Assembly (NCBI GenBank): GCA_016871895.1
Contig: VHBO01000001.1
Location: 192,674 to 256,673 of the forward strand
Direction: 5' to 3'
DNA length: 64,000 nucleotides
Source of the DNA: Gemmatimonadota bacterium
Lineage (GTDB): Bacteria > Gemmatimonadota > Gemmatimonadetes > Gemmatimonadales > Gemmatimonadaceae
How positions within the stretch are numbered: position 1 is the stretch's first letter; each line of letters opens with the position of its first letter. This document shows positions 46,276-56,891 of this stretch, piece after piece. The translations under genes and the position numbers were made by a program. The notes beneath the pieces were generated by a model that saw only the letters and a list, made by a program, of their open reading frames with translations, was not told the origin of the DNA and did no database searches.

Positions 46276-47528
46276 GCCCCCTCCGCCATACGCGTGAAGA
46301 ACTCCAGGTTCGACGCCGTCTGTGTGAGCCGACGGAGGATGAACTGCACCGCGTCGTCCGGCGCCATACCCCCGACGAAGTGGCGGAGCAGGAAGATCCG
46401 GTTCCGTTCCTTCTCGGAGAGGAGGAGTTCCTCCTTCCGGGTGCCGGAGCGGTTGATCTCGAAGGCGGGGTAGATGCGTCGATTCGCGATGTCGCGGTCG
46501 AGGACGATCTCCATATTCCCCGTCCCCTTGAACTCCTCGAAGATCACCTCGTCCATCCGCGACCCCGTCGAGACGAGCGCCGTCGCGACGATGGTGAGGG
46601 AGCCGCCGCCGTCGATGCGGCGCGCGGCACCGAAGAACCGCTTGGGCCGCTCGAGCGCCTTCGCATCGACGCCCCCCGAGAGGATCTTCCCCGACATCGG
46701 GATGATCGCGTTGTGGGCGCGGGCGAGGCGCGTGATCGAGTCGAGGAGGATGACGACGTCTCGCCCCGCCTCGACGAGCCGCTTCGCTTTCTCAATCACC
46801 ATTTCCGCCACCTGTACGTGGCGCTTCGGCGTCTCGTCGAAGGTCGAGGCGACCACTTCGGCGCTCGGGCAGGTCGCGATGAAGTCGGTGACCTCCTCCG
46901 GGCGCTCGTCGATCAGCAGGACGATGAGCACGACCTCGGGATGATTCTCGGCGATCGCGTTCGCCATCCGCTGGAGCAGTAGCGTCTTCCCCGCGCGCGG
47001 CGGCGCCACGATGAGGCCGCGCTGCCCCTTGCCGAGTGGCGCGATGAGGTCGGCGAGGCGCATCGACAGCCCGCCGGACTGCGACTCGAGCCGGAGGCGC
47101 TGGTCGGGGTACTTCGGCTTGAGCGCGTCGAATCCGATGCGTGAGGCGATCGTCTCCGGCGGCTGCCCGTTCACCGACTCAAGCCGATGCAGCGCGAGGA
47201 ACTGGTCGGCGTGGCGTGGTGGTCGCATCGACCCGCGGAGGACATCGCCCGTCCGAAGGGCGAACCGCCGGATCAGCGCCTGACTTACGTAGATGTCGTC
47301 CGGGCTCGTGAGATAGCTGTGATCCGGGCTCCGGAGGAACCCGTGTCCCTGCGGGACGAGCTCGAGGGTCCCCTCCGCGATAAGCGGGTCCCCGCGGAGC
47401 AGGAGCCCCCGCTGCACTCGGTCGAGGCAGTCGGCGCGCGACATCAGGGACGGCGCGGGAATCCCGAGCGTCTCAGCGAGGGCCTGCAGGTCGGTCGCCG
47501 GGAGGCGGCGGAGGGAGGGGGTATCCAC
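46272..47528 (-). CDS. rho: Transcription termination factor Rho
   Basis: [52 protein letters not shown]; start placed at GTG 47528 (418 aa) because the track start lies inside the tRNA. Confidence 0.96.
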   Translation of the reverse strand: MDTPSLRRLPATDLQALAETLGIPAPSLMSRADCLDRVQRGLLLRGDPLIAEGTLELVPQGHGFLRSPDHSYLTSPDDIYVSQALIRRFALRTGDVLRGSMRPPRHADQFLALHRLESVNGQPPETIASRIGFDALKPKYPDQRLRLESQSGGLSMRLADLIAPLGKGQRGLIVAPPRAGKTLLLQRMANAIAENHPEVVLIVLLIDERPEEVTDFIATCPSAEVVASTFDETPKRHVQVAEMVIEKAKRLVEAGRDVVILLDSITRLARAHNAIIPMSGKILSGGVDAKALERPKRFFGAARRIDGGGSLTIVATALVSTGSRMDEVIFEEFKGTGNMEIVLDRDIANRRIYPAFEINRSGTRKEELLLSEKERNRIFLLRHFVGGMAPDDAVQFILRRLTQTASNLEFFTRMAEGA

Positions 47529-47626
47529 GCGGGATGGGCCGTGGGGGTGGCGCTCGTCCGTGGGGGCGCCCGCACGGGGGCACGGAGGCGCGACGACGAC
47601 AGGTGACGAGGCCCGAGGAGCGGGCA

Positions 47627-47700
47627 TGCGCGAGGCGGGATTCGAACCCACGACCTTCGGCTCCGGAGGCCGACGCTCTATCCAGCTGAGCTACTCGCGC
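47627..47700 (-). tRNA. tRNA-Arg(CCG)
   Basis: GCGCGAG acceptor stem, D-arm, anticodon loop CTCCGGA, T-loop GGTTCGAATCC; CCA not encoded. Confidence 0.97.
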
Positions 47701-47899
47701 GAATCGGGAAAGCTACTCTCGCGAGGGGGGCCAGGGTAGGGTCGAAGTGGGTCTGCTGGCCGCGACGACGCACTCCCGGCCGCCCGAGTCCCGCGCCCGT
47801 CGGCGGTGTCACCGGGAATGAGTCGTCGTCGCTTCGTCGTGACGTGGTGCTCCCGCCATCCTGCTGGCGCGTTCGGGTGGGCCCGGCGACCTTACCGCC

Positions 47900-49192
47900 G
47901 TGATGCCCACCCCTGGCGTCCCACCGACGCGCCCGACTCGCCCCATCCCTTCCACGCCGCGCGCGCGAGTCGCCGCCGGCATTCCGGCGAGCGCCGATGG
48001 ATGGAGGGAATGGTGGCGGGCACTCGCGGAGCAGTTCGACGAGCTGCAAGTGCTGGATGCGCTCGGGCCGGCAGAGCGACACGACGTGCGGCGCCAGCTC
48101 CAGGTGGAGAGCGCCACGTCGGTGATGGCGTTGGGATGGCTCGCCATCCCGGTCTTCATCCTGCTGATGCGGATGGACCTGCTGCGCATCGCTGAAGGCC
48201 TTCTGACGGGGCACAGCGTGCAGGCGTGGTCGTACAAAGTCTTGGGCGTGGCGCACCTGATGGTCGGAGCCGCAGCGATCCCCGCCTTCCGTATCGGGCG
48301 CCTGCGCCGCCGGACGCCGGACGAGCCCGCGGTGACGCTGCAGGTGATTCACATGACCCTGATTCTCACGGCGGCGATGACGAGTTCGGTGCTGGGACTC
48401 CTCTTCCGTGGCTCCACCTACGGCTTCGTCGTGGCGATGCTCACCGGGAACCTGATCTATCACCTGCCGTACCTCGGGCGGTGGGTCTTCAATGCGATGG
48501 CGGTGACCATCGCCGGGCTCTTCGCGCTCGGGGTCGACCACCTTCTGCTTCGGAGCGTCCCGCCGTCGCCGCTCGCTGATGTGACGCGGAGCGTCGAGCT
48601 CGTCATCATCCTCCTCCTGACGATCATGAGCGGGAGCGTCGTGCGACGGCAGCGCATCCGGTCGATCATCGTCGAGCAGCGCCTCTCGCGGCTCGCACTG
48701 GTGGATGGGCTGACGGGGGTCGCGAGTCGCCGCCGAACCGAGGCGGTCCTTGAGGATGAACTCGCTGTCGCCGGTCCGACGCGACCGCTCTCCGTCGTCC
48801 TCGTCGACCTCGATGCGTTCAAGCGGGTGAACGACACCTATGGGCACAACGCTGGCGACGACGTACTCCGCGGCGTCGCACGGCTGCTGCAGCAGCGCGG
48901 CCGGTTGAGTGACACGGTGGGTCGCTGGGGCGGAGAGGAGTTCGTGCTGGTCTGCCCCGACACCTCAGTCACCGGAGCGCTGGGGCTCGCGGAGCAGCTC
49001 CGGGAGCGCATCGCTCGGCAAGCATTTGTCGGCGTCGGCCGCCAGACGGCGAGCTTCGGCGTGGCCGAGGCGGCCCCCGGTGAGGCACCCGCGTCGCTCA
49101 TCGCCCGCGCCGATGCGGCGATGTATGCGGCGAAGAGCGCGGGGCGGAACCGGGTGTGCGAGGCGGGCGGGCGGAGTGACGCTGAAGGCTGA
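47900..49192 (+). CDS. Membrane-bound diguanylate cyclase (GGDEF)
   Basis: About six TM helices; DGLTG, DLDAFKRVNDTYGHNAGD, RWGGEEF. Confidence 0.92.
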   Translation: MMPTPGVPPTRPTRPIPSTPRARVAAGIPASADGWREWWRALAEQFDELQVLDALGPAERHDVRRQLQVESATSVMALGWLAIPVFILLMRMDLLRIAEGLLTGHSVQAWSYKVLGVAHLMVGAAAIPAFRIGRLRRRTPDEPAVTLQVIHMTLILTAAMTSSVLGLLFRGSTYGFVVAMLTGNLIYHLPYLGRWVFNAMAVTIAGLFALGVDHLLLRSVPPSPLADVTRSVELVIILLLTIMSGSVVRRQRIRSIIVEQRLSRLALVDGLTGVASRRRTEAVLEDELAVAGPTRPLSVVLVDLDAFKRVNDTYGHNAGDDVLRGVARLLQQRGRLSDTVGRWGGEEFVLVCPDTSVTGALGLAEQLRERIARQAFVGVGRQTASFGVAEAAPGEAPASLIARADAAMYAAKSAGRNRVCEAGGRSDAEG

Positions 49193-49222
49193 CAGCTAGA
49201 AGCGGCAAGCCACCAGCGGTCA
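49181..49222. repeat. Degenerate heptamer array overlapping the GGDEF stop
   Basis: GCTGAAG GCTGACA GCTAGAA GCGGCAA GCCACCA GCGGTCA. Confidence 0.6.
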
Positions 49223-49224
49223 GT

Positions 49225-52167
49225 TCACGGAGCGACTAACCGCGAGACCTCGAACACCCGCCCGTCGGCGATTGTCCACTTCACGCGCGTCGTCGCCGTG
49301 ATGTCGGTGAGCGGATCCCCCGCGACGATCGCGAGATCCGCGAGCTTTCCGGGCGCGATGATCCCCGCATCGATGCCGAGCTGCGCCGCCGCATCTCGGG
49401 TCGCGGTGCGGAGCGCCTCCGCCGGCGTCATCCCCGCGAGCACGTAGCTCAGCAATTCTCCGTGCAGTGTCGCGGCGTTCGGCGTGTCGGTGCCCGCCAC
49501 GACCCGCGTGCCGGCGCGGAAGAGCCCCATGACCATCTGCCCCCCGGCACCGGCGCCCCCGGCGGCCATCGCTGAGGCGGCGGCTGACGGCGCGGCCCCT
49601 GCGCCCGGCGTCTGTCGCATCCACGCGGGGTACAGCGCGAAGCGCGGGTCCGTGGCCAATCCCGACACCCGCGCGTAGAGCTCGCGCAGTCCGCCGCCGC
49701 TCAGCGCGAGGGTCGGGGTGATCGGCATCCCGCTCGCGGCGAAGAGCTGCGCGACATCCGCGTACGACCGGTTCAGCGACGCCGCCTTCGGCGAGTAGCC
49801 GCGGCGGCTCGTCCCGGTGGTGTGCTCTGTGCCGTCCATCCCGTTCCGTGCCGCCGGGTAGATCTCGTGCGACGCGGCCGGCACCCCCATCGTATGCGCG
49901 AACTCGGCGATCCGCCGCTGCTGCGCGTCGGGCATCCGCACGTAACTCTTGAACAGGTCGAAGCCGAGCGCGCGCCCGCGCTCGAGCTCGCGCGTGAGGT
50001 GCGCAGGCGACGACACCGCCACCGCCATCTTGTAGTAGACGCGCTGCCACTCCATCAGGTAGCCCGTCACGAAGAGGCGTGGCCCGGGACGCGTCCCCGC
50101 CTCGACGGCCTCGCGGTCCTCGATCGCCTCGTACGGCGTACTCCCGGGGCTCCGCACGGAAGTGATCCCGAAGGCGAGATACGCGCGGTTCGCGTTCGCG
50201 CCGAAATCCTTCTGCAGGTGGGTGTGGTACTCGATGAGGCCCGGCATCACGGTGAGCCCGGTTGCATCCACCACCGCCATCCCCGCGGGATGCGCGGCGT
50301 GCGGCGCCACGCGGACGATCCGATTGCCGTCGAGCAGGATGTCGACGTCGGTGCGTGCCGGCCCGTCGGTCCCGTCGACGAGACGCCCGGCGTGCACGAG
50401 GGTGCGGCCCGTCGGGCGCTGCGGCGAGTAGCGGAGCGCGAGCGGCACGTCAACGGCGACGCCGGTGCTGGTCTCGAGCAGACGCAGCCGTTCGTTCGCC
50501 TGGTACAGCACGCCACCATCCGCGGTCCAGCTCGGCGCGTGCGCGATCTCGCTCGTCACGCGCCGCGGTGGGCCGAGCGGTGTCCCGTCGGGGGCGATCG
50601 GCAGCAGAGCGAGTTGTCCCTCGTAGACGAGCGCCATCGTCGTACCGTCGGGAGAGATGGCTGGGCCGGCGCCGACGCGCGAGTCGATCGAGAGGTGCTC
50701 CACCGGGACGTGCCAGACCGGCGGTTCCCCCGTGGTGGCGATCGAGAGGAGTTGGTTCGTCCCCTCACGGAAGCGCGCCGAGTAGCGACGGAGCGCGGTG
50801 ATGAGCACGCGCCGCCCATTGGGCGACCATGCCGGCGCGCCCGGGCCGAAGAGCTGGGGGTGTAGCGCTGTCACGCGCCCCGTCGCCACCTCCACCATCG
50901 CGACGCTCGCGGCGCGCCAGATCCCGTCGACATCGAGGAAGGCGAGCCGCGTCCCATCAGGGGACCACGTCGGCGCCATCGCCGAGGTGGGCTCCGTTGT
51001 CAGTCGGCGCATCACGTTGGTGCGCGTATCGAGGATCCAGAGGTCGAGGAGCGCATCGCCGGCCCGGTCACTCGCCCACGCCAGGTAGCGCCCATCGGGT
51101 GACCACGAGGGATCGGCGTCGAGCGCCGCATCGCGCGTGACGTTCCGCGGCGTGCCGCCGCGGGGCATCAGGTAGAGGTCGCCGAGCGCGACGAAAGCGA
51201 TCTGCGAGCCGTCTGGCGAGATGACGGGCCCAACGATCCCACGCGCTGCCTGCGGGGTGCGTCCGTCCACGTCACGTCGGCGTGCCGCGTACGCGGGGCG
51301 CACCACCTCGAGCGTGGCGCGGAGCGGGATCTCGCGCGCCGCGCCCCCTGCGAGCGGCTGCCGCCGGATGCGGCCATCGGCCACATAGACGATCTCCTCC
51401 GCGCCGAGCCACCCTGTCCGGAACGGGAAGGCGTTCGCCTCGCCCGTGAGCGGCGCGTCGCCGCGCATGAGTCGGCTCATCGTCGCCGTCCCCTCGTGAT
51501 GCACCAGCGTGCCGCCCGGCCCCCACGAGGGCGCATCCACGCGTCCGCTGCCGGTCGGGAACGTGCGCTCCGCGCCCGTCTCGATCGTGATGGCGTGCAC
51601 GCCGATCTTCCCGCCGCGTGTCCCCACGAACGCGACTTCGCGGCCATCGGGGGAGAAGGTCGGCATATAATCGTCGCCCGTGTCGCGGGTGAGCTGCCGC
51701 AGCGCCCCGCTCTCGAGCTCGAGCACCCAGATGTCGGTGTTCCCCGACCGGTCCGAGCTGAAGGCGACGAAACGCCCGTCGGGTGAATGCGTGGGCTCGC
51801 GGTCGTCGTACGGCCCCCAGGTGAGGCGACGCATCGCGCCTCCATCCCGGGCCACCTGCCAGAGATCGAACCCGTCCTCGTCGTAACCCTGGAAGACGAC
51901 GGTCCGGCCATCGGGCGCCCAGTTGGGCTGGCGTGCATCGTGCTCGATGTCCGTGATCCGCGTCGCGGTGCCCCCTGCTACCGGCAAGGTCCAGATGGCC
52001 CCCTGCAGATCGATGGCGAGGGTCCGCCCGTCGGGGGACGCGGCCACACTCATCGACGTCCCCTCGTCGACGATGACGGCGCGGTGGCCACCCTGTCTGG
52101 GAAGGGCGGCGGCGAGGGCCAAAAGGATGAGCGCGGTGGCGGCGCGCAGACGGGATGAGGCAGTCAT
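49225..52167 (-). CDS. Exported PD40/TolB-like beta-propeller + amidohydrolase fusion
   Basis: Start reassigned to MTASSRL (52167); repeated PxWSPDG motifs; MPGLIEYHTH, AGTDTP, GKLADL. Confidence 0.88.
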   Translation of the reverse strand: MTASSRLRAATALILLALAAALPRQGGHRAVIVDEGTSMSVAASPDGRTLAIDLQGAIWTLPVAGGTATRITDIEHDARQPNWAPDGRTVVFQGYDEDGFDLWQVARDGGAMRRLTWGPYDDREPTHSPDGRFVAFSSDRSGNTDIWVLELESGALRQLTRDTGDDYMPTFSPDGREVAFVGTRGGKIGVHAITIETGAERTFPTGSGRVDAPSWGPGGTLVHHEGTATMSRLMRGDAPLTGEANAFPFRTGWLGAEEIVYVADGRIRRQPLAGGAAREIPLRATLEVVRPAYAARRRDVDGRTPQAARGIVGPVISPDGSQIAFVALGDLYLMPRGGTPRNVTRDAALDADPSWSPDGRYLAWASDRAGDALLDLWILDTRTNVMRRLTTEPTSAMAPTWSPDGTRLAFLDVDGIWRAASVAMVEVATGRVTALHPQLFGPGAPAWSPNGRRVLITALRRYSARFREGTNQLLSIATTGEPPVWHVPVEHLSIDSRVGAGPAISPDGTTMALVYEGQLALLPIAPDGTPLGPPRRVTSEIAHAPSWTADGGVLYQANERLRLLETSTGVAVDVPLALRYSPQRPTGRTLVHAGRLVDGTDGPARTDVDILLDGNRIVRVAPHAAHPAGMAVVDATGLTVMPGLIEYHTHLQKDFGANANRAYLAFGITSVRSPGSTPYEAIEDREAVEAGTRPGPRLFVTGYLMEWQRVYYKMAVAVSSPAHLTRELERGRALGFDLFKSYVRMPDAQQRRIAEFAHTMGVPAASHEIYPAARNGMDGTEHTTGTSRRGYSPKAASLNRSYADVAQLFAASGMPITPTLALSGGGLRELYARVSGLATDPRFALYPAWMRQTPGAGAAPSAAASAMAAGGAGAGGQMVMGLFRAGTRVVAGTDTPNAATLHGELLSYVLAGMTPAEALRTATRDAAAQLGIDAGIIAPGKLADLAIVAGDPLTDITATTRVKWTIADGRVFEVSRLVAP

Positions 52168-52306
52168 CAGAGCTCCGGAGAAGTGGCGCGCCTCGAAGAT
52201 GCATCGGATGGCGGGAGGCGCCAGCCGGGAGGCCTCGACGGGGCGGAACCTCCGTCTGTAACTTCTCCTCGTTTGGTTCCCTCTCTTCTGATCGCAGAGG
52301 CCCTCG

Positions 52307-55300
52307 ATGGAATTGCGCGACCGGCTGCAGGCCGCCCTTGGCAGCGAATTTACGATCGAACGGGAACTCGGTGGGGGCGGGATGTCCCGCGTCTTCGTCG
52401 CCCTCGACGTCCGACTTGGCCGTCGCGTTGTCATCAAAGTGCTCTCGCCCGAGCTGGCAGCGCACCTTTCCACTGGGCGATTCGAGCGGGAGATCCAGCT
52501 CGCCGCCTCGCTGCAGCAGGCGAACATCGTCCCGCTCCTGACGGCGGGAATCCTCGATGGCGTGCCCTTCTACATGATGCCGTTCGTCGAAGGGGAATCG
52601 CTCCGCGCTCGCCTCGCTCGTGGGCCCCTCTCGGAGGCCGAAGTCATCAGTGTGCTGCGAGACGTCGCCCGAGCGCTCGTCTACGCGCACGGGCGCCGCG
52701 TCGTACACCGCGACATCAAACCTGACAACGTCCTCCTCTCGGGCGAGGCCGCCGTCGTGACAGACTTCGGAATCGCCAAGGCGCTGAACGAGGCCCGGAC
52801 GCGTCCCGATGCCTCGGTGACGGGACTCACCCAGCTCGGGACCGCCATCGGCACGCCGGCCTATATGGCGCCGGAGCAGGCCACGGGTGATCCGGCGACC
52901 GATCACCGCGCTGATTTGTACGCGCTTGGCTGTATGGCATACGAGCTGCTGGCCGGCACGCCCCCCTTCCATGGTCGGGCGGTGTACCAGCTCCTCCAGG
53001 CCCACCTGAGCGAGGTTCCACCTCCGCTCGAAGCGATTCGTGTCGGGGTGGACCCGGCGCTGGCCGCGCTCGTGATGGCCTGCCTAGCGAAGGATCCAGA
53101 AGCCCGGCCGGAGACCGCGAAGGCGTTTCTGCACCAGCTCGATGCGCTCCGGTCGAGCGGTGCCCGCGAGGCGATACCGGCGGTGTTGGCGGCGACGCCC
53201 CGCCGGCTCGGGAAGGTGCTCGGTTTGTGGGTCGTCGGTAGCGGTGCTGCCTGGGTCCTCGCGCGTGCGGCCGTCATCGGGATTGGACTGCCGCGCTGGA
53301 CGGTGACGCTGGTCCTCGCCGTGGCCGCGTTGGCTCTGCCGCTGATGGTCGCCACTTGGTATGTGCAGCGAATGGCGCGGCAGGCTCTGGTGCAGACGCC
53401 TGCGCTCACGCCGGGCGGCTCCGTACTGCGTGGGACGATGGCGACCATCGCCATCAAGGCGAGTCCCCATCTCTCCTGGCGTCGGACGCGGCTCGCTGGC
53501 ATCGCCGCCGCGGTCGCGGTGGTCCTCGCCGTCGGCGGCTATGTCGTACTCCGGCAGCTCGGCGTGGGCCCCGCCGCGTCGCTCCTCTCCGCCGGGCGCA
53601 TTCAGGCCGATTCACGCATCCTTGTGGGACAGTTCACGACCACGTCGAGCGACTCGTCCCTCGGCAGCGTGGTCGCGCAGGCGATGCGGACGTCACTTGG
53701 ACAATCCACCGCCATCCGGCTGGTCAGCCCATCCGAGGCGGCGGGTGCGCTTGTGCGGATGACCCTGCCGGGTTCGACGCCACTCACCCTCGCCACGGCC
53801 CGTGAACTCGCGGTGCGTGAAGGGATCCCGCTCATTGTGACGGGGCAGGTCGCGACGCTTGGGACGGGCTTCATGGTGACGACGAGCCTCGTCAGCAGCG
53901 AAACAGGGGAGCCCCTCGTCGAGCTGCAGCGGGCGGCCGATGGTCCGGGGGCGCTGCTGAGTGCGATTGATGCATTGGCGCTCGACCTCCGGGAGCGGAT
54001 TGGCGAATCGCTGCGCTCGGTGGCGCGGGCCCCGCGGCTTGAGGAGGCGACCACCGCGTCGCTCGCGGCGCTCCGGGAGTACACGCGTGGGGTCGAACTG
54101 GGCGATCTCGGCGGTGATTGGAAGCGCGGACTCGAGCACCTACGCGCCGCCGTCGCGGTCGATTCGACATTCGCGTCGGCCTGGCGGAAGATTGCGGTGT
54201 ACGAGGGTAATCTGGGGTCGGCGGAGTCGGTGCAGTTCGCGGCGGCGGCGGCGGCGTATCGGTTCCGGGAGCGCACCGTCGGCACGGAACGGCAGCAGAT
54301 CGAAGCGACTTTTCTCGGCCGGGTGAACACGCGGGCCGCGATCGCCGCGTATCGGCGATCTACCGGGACTTCGCGGAACAATCTCGCGCTCGCGCTCAAC
54401 ACCGCCGGCCGCTTCGCCGAGGCGGAGTCCGTGCTGGTTGCGCAGGAGGTGGAGCGCGCTGAGCGCGGCGGGGCTCGCATCATTCAGGAGCAGCTGAATC
54501 TGTTGCACGCACAGCTCGGACAACGGAAGTACTCTGAGGCGACGGCCACCCTTCGGGTCCTCGAGGCAGAGTTTCCGAATACGGATTACCTCGAGCGGTC
54601 CCGAGCGTGGGCCGCCATCGCCATTGGTGGTGTGGACTCATTGCCAGCCGTTGCCACGCGTATGCAGGCGGCCTCGCAATCGATGTCTCGGATGACCGGT
54701 GTCGGCTATGAGCGCGCCCTGGCCGGTGCCAAGGGAGAGTACCGTCGCTTTGTCGCCCTCGGTCGCACTATGCAGGCTGTCGCGGACAGCGCGGGCAACG
54801 CCTCGACCGCTGACCCAGCGATGATTCGGCTGAGCGAGATACTGACGGTCGCGCTTGCATCCAAGGACTTCGCGCGCGGCCTTCGGGCGCTCGATTCACT
54901 GGTCGCGGCGAATCCGGAGGATGGACGTCCCGTGCTCGACCGGAACACCGCGCTTTTTGCGCAGGCATATGCGAGGCTCGGGAATGTCGTACGGTCGCGG
55001 TCACTCATCGCGTCGAACCTGCAGGCGGCGTCCGCAGAGGAGCGACTCTATCAGTGGGGCATCAGCCGCGTCGTTGAAGCGGAGATCGCCCTCGCCGCGC
55101 AAGAGGGGGACGCGGCGCTCTCGGCCCTGCGGGCCAGTGTGGCGGCGGATTCGGGGGCCCTCGCGGCGGCCGCTTTTGGAGACCACTTCGAACGGATGGG
55201 ACGCGCGTTTGAGATGGCGGGACGCCGGGATAGCGCCATCGTGTATCTGGAGCGCTATCGGTTGGTCGAGGACTTTGTGACGGTGCAGGGGCACCTGGCC

Positions 55301-55477
55301 CAGCTCTATCCCGATGTGCTCCGTCGGCTTGGCGGGCTCTATGCCCAGCAGGGCGATCGGCCACGCGCACTCGCGGCGTACGAGGCGCTCTTGCGTCTGT
55401 GGCGTGATGCCGATCCGGTGCTCGCGCCCGCTATCGCCGACGTCCGTAGTCGTCGCGACGAGCTCTCTGGACGCTGA
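52307..55477 (+). CDS. Hanks-type Ser/Thr kinase with TM segments, TolB_N-like and TPR-like regions
   Basis: ELGGGGMSRVF, VIKVL, HRDIKPDN, DFG, GTPAYMAPE. Confidence 0.95.
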   Translation: MELRDRLQAALGSEFTIERELGGGGMSRVFVALDVRLGRRVVIKVLSPELAAHLSTGRFEREIQLAASLQQANIVPLLTAGILDGVPFYMMPFVEGESLRARLARGPLSEAEVISVLRDVARALVYAHGRRVVHRDIKPDNVLLSGEAAVVTDFGIAKALNEARTRPDASVTGLTQLGTAIGTPAYMAPEQATGDPATDHRADLYALGCMAYELLAGTPPFHGRAVYQLLQAHLSEVPPPLEAIRVGVDPALAALVMACLAKDPEARPETAKAFLHQLDALRSSGAREAIPAVLAATPRRLGKVLGLWVVGSGAAWVLARAAVIGIGLPRWTVTLVLAVAALALPLMVATWYVQRMARQALVQTPALTPGGSVLRGTMATIAIKASPHLSWRRTRLAGIAAAVAVVLAVGGYVVLRQLGVGPAASLLSAGRIQADSRILVGQFTTTSSDSSLGSVVAQAMRTSLGQSTAIRLVSPSEAAGALVRMTLPGSTPLTLATARELAVREGIPLIVTGQVATLGTGFMVTTSLVSSETGEPLVELQRAADGPGALLSAIDALALDLRERIGESLRSVARAPRLEEATTASLAALREYTRGVELGDLGGDWKRGLEHLRAAVAVDSTFASAWRKIAVYEGNLGSAESVQFAAAAAAYRFRERTVGTERQQIEATFLGRVNTRAAIAAYRRSTGTSRNNLALALNTAGRFAEAESVLVAQEVERAERGGARIIQEQLNLLHAQLGQRKYSEATATLRVLEAEFPNTDYLERSRAWAAIAIGGVDSLPAVATRMQAASQSMSRMTGVGYERALAGAKGEYRRFVALGRTMQAVADSAGNASTADPAMIRLSEILTVALASKDFARGLRALDSLVAANPEDGRPVLDRNTALFAQAYARLGNVVRSRSLIASNLQAASAEERLYQWGISRVVEAEIALAAQEGDAALSALRASVAADSGALAAAAFGDHFERMGRAFEMAGRRDSAIVYLERYRLVEDFVTVQGHLAQLYPDVLRRLGGLYAQQGDRPRALAAYEALLRLWRDADPVLAPAIADVRSRRDELSGR

Positions 55478-55515
55478 GGACGGCTGGGCGCGGCGGTGTG
55501 ATCGTCATCGGCGCA

Positions 55516-56658
55516 TCAACGCCAGCGGAATGGCGTGAAATCGAACGCCGGTGTCGCACCGAGTGCGAGATCTGCCAGCACCTCGCCGATCGCGCTTGCG
55601 AACTTGAACCCATGGCCGGAGCAGGGGGACGCGACCCAGACCCGATCGGTGTCAGGGGCTAGGTCGATGAGGAAGTGCTCGTCGGGCGTATTCGAGTAAT
55701 GGCAGGTGGCGGTTCCGCGGAGGATGCCGTCCGCCCACGGCAGGTGGGCCGCAAGGTGCGCGCGCATCACCGAAACCTCCGCCGCGGTCGCCGGCGCGCG
55801 GACGTCGCCGGCGCGGGTCGTGTGCGTCGAGGTCCCGGGCGCGCGATGATGCCACGCGACCTTGACGCCGTCGCCGACGTCAGGGAAGCCGTACCAGATC
55901 GTCCCGGGTGCGATCTCTGAGAGGAAGACCGGGAACCGCTCCGGCGCGAATGCGGTCGCCTCCGCCCGCGGAGCGAACCAGAACTGGACCTGCCGTTCCA
56001 CCGTCAGGGCTGGGACGAGGGCTGGGATCAGCTCGGGTGCGCGGCCGCCGGCGCTGACGATGAGTTGGGCGGCACGCAGCGTGCGCCGAGTCGTGCGCAC
56101 CGTGACGTGATCGGGATGTGCCGTCCATCCCGTGACGGTCTCGCCGAGATGAAGGGTAGCCCCCGCTTGGGTCGCGAGCCGAAGCGCGGTCGCGATGCAA
56201 CGTTCTGGATCGAGGATACCCGCACGCGGCTCGAGGATCCCGATCCAGTCGTCCGCAACGCGATGGGCGGGGAAAGCGCGTCGCAACGCATCGGCGTTGA
56301 ACTGCTCGTGAGGCAGGCGGTGCCGCATCGCGCTCTCGAGCGCACCGGTGACTAGCCGAGAGGTCGGGGCACCGAGGCAGAGCCCGCCGGTGACACGGAG
56401 CAGGGACGTACCGGCGTCCCGTTCGAGGGTCTGCCACGCAGCGTAGGCGCGCTGCACGAGAGGGACGTACAACGGATCCTCGAAGTACGCCTCGCGGATG
56501 ATCCGCGAGCGGCCGTGGCTCGAGCCGAGGTCGTGCGGGGGGTGGCCGCGGTCGATCCCGATGACGTGGACGCCGCGGCGGGCGAGTTCGAGGAGGGTCA
56601 GACTCCCCGTTGCCCCGAGGCCGACGATGAGCACTTCGGGGCTTGCGTCCGTGACCAT
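55516..56658 (-). CDS. Monomeric sarcosine oxidase / N-methyl-L-tryptophan oxidase family FAD enzyme
   Basis: Start reassigned to MVTDASPEVLIVGLGATG; GSSHGRSRIIR, YSNTPDEHFLID, CSGHGFKF. Confidence 0.92.
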   Translation of the reverse strand: MVTDASPEVLIVGLGATGSLTLLELARRGVHVIGIDRGHPPHDLGSSHGRSRIIREAYFEDPLYVPLVQRAYAAWQTLERDAGTSLLRVTGGLCLGAPTSRLVTGALESAMRHRLPHEQFNADALRRAFPAHRVADDWIGILEPRAGILDPERCIATALRLATQAGATLHLGETVTGWTAHPDHVTVRTTRRTLRAAQLIVSAGGRAPELIPALVPALTVERQVQFWFAPRAEATAFAPERFPVFLSEIAPGTIWYGFPDVGDGVKVAWHHRAPGTSTHTTRAGDVRAPATAAEVSVMRAHLAAHLPWADGILRGTATCHYSNTPDEHFLIDLAPDTDRVWVASPCSGHGFKFASAIGEVLADLALGATPAFDFTPFRWR

Positions 56659-56891
56659 TCGCCGATCGTAGCACCGAACGCTGCTGAACTCAATCACGGC
56701 TGGTGCAGCGCTGGCGTGTTGGGGTGGATTCCTGTATCGTGGTCGTGTTTCGGACTCACGCCCAATTCGGGGTACTTTGCTATGCATCTCGCACAGCGCG
56801 GCGGGCCAGTGACGGTGGGTCGGGTCTGCTTCGATGGCGCGCGCACCGAGGCGGTACGGACGGCGTTGGCCTCGTCAGAGCCCGGGGTCGG

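Noticed and set aside
47529-47651. N-terminal extension of Rho, including an in-frame ATG at the tRNA discriminator base
   Set aside because: The track start lies inside the tRNA; GTG 47528 gives a standard-length Rho; the ATG is probably coincidental
47627-47700. tRNA as an island or prophage integration site
   Set aside because: The 3' side is rho; no integrase and no duplicated tRNA 3' end were seen
47716-47899. c-di-GMP riboswitch upstream of the GGDEF gene
   Set aside because: No GEMM-type GNRA/receptor pattern recognised
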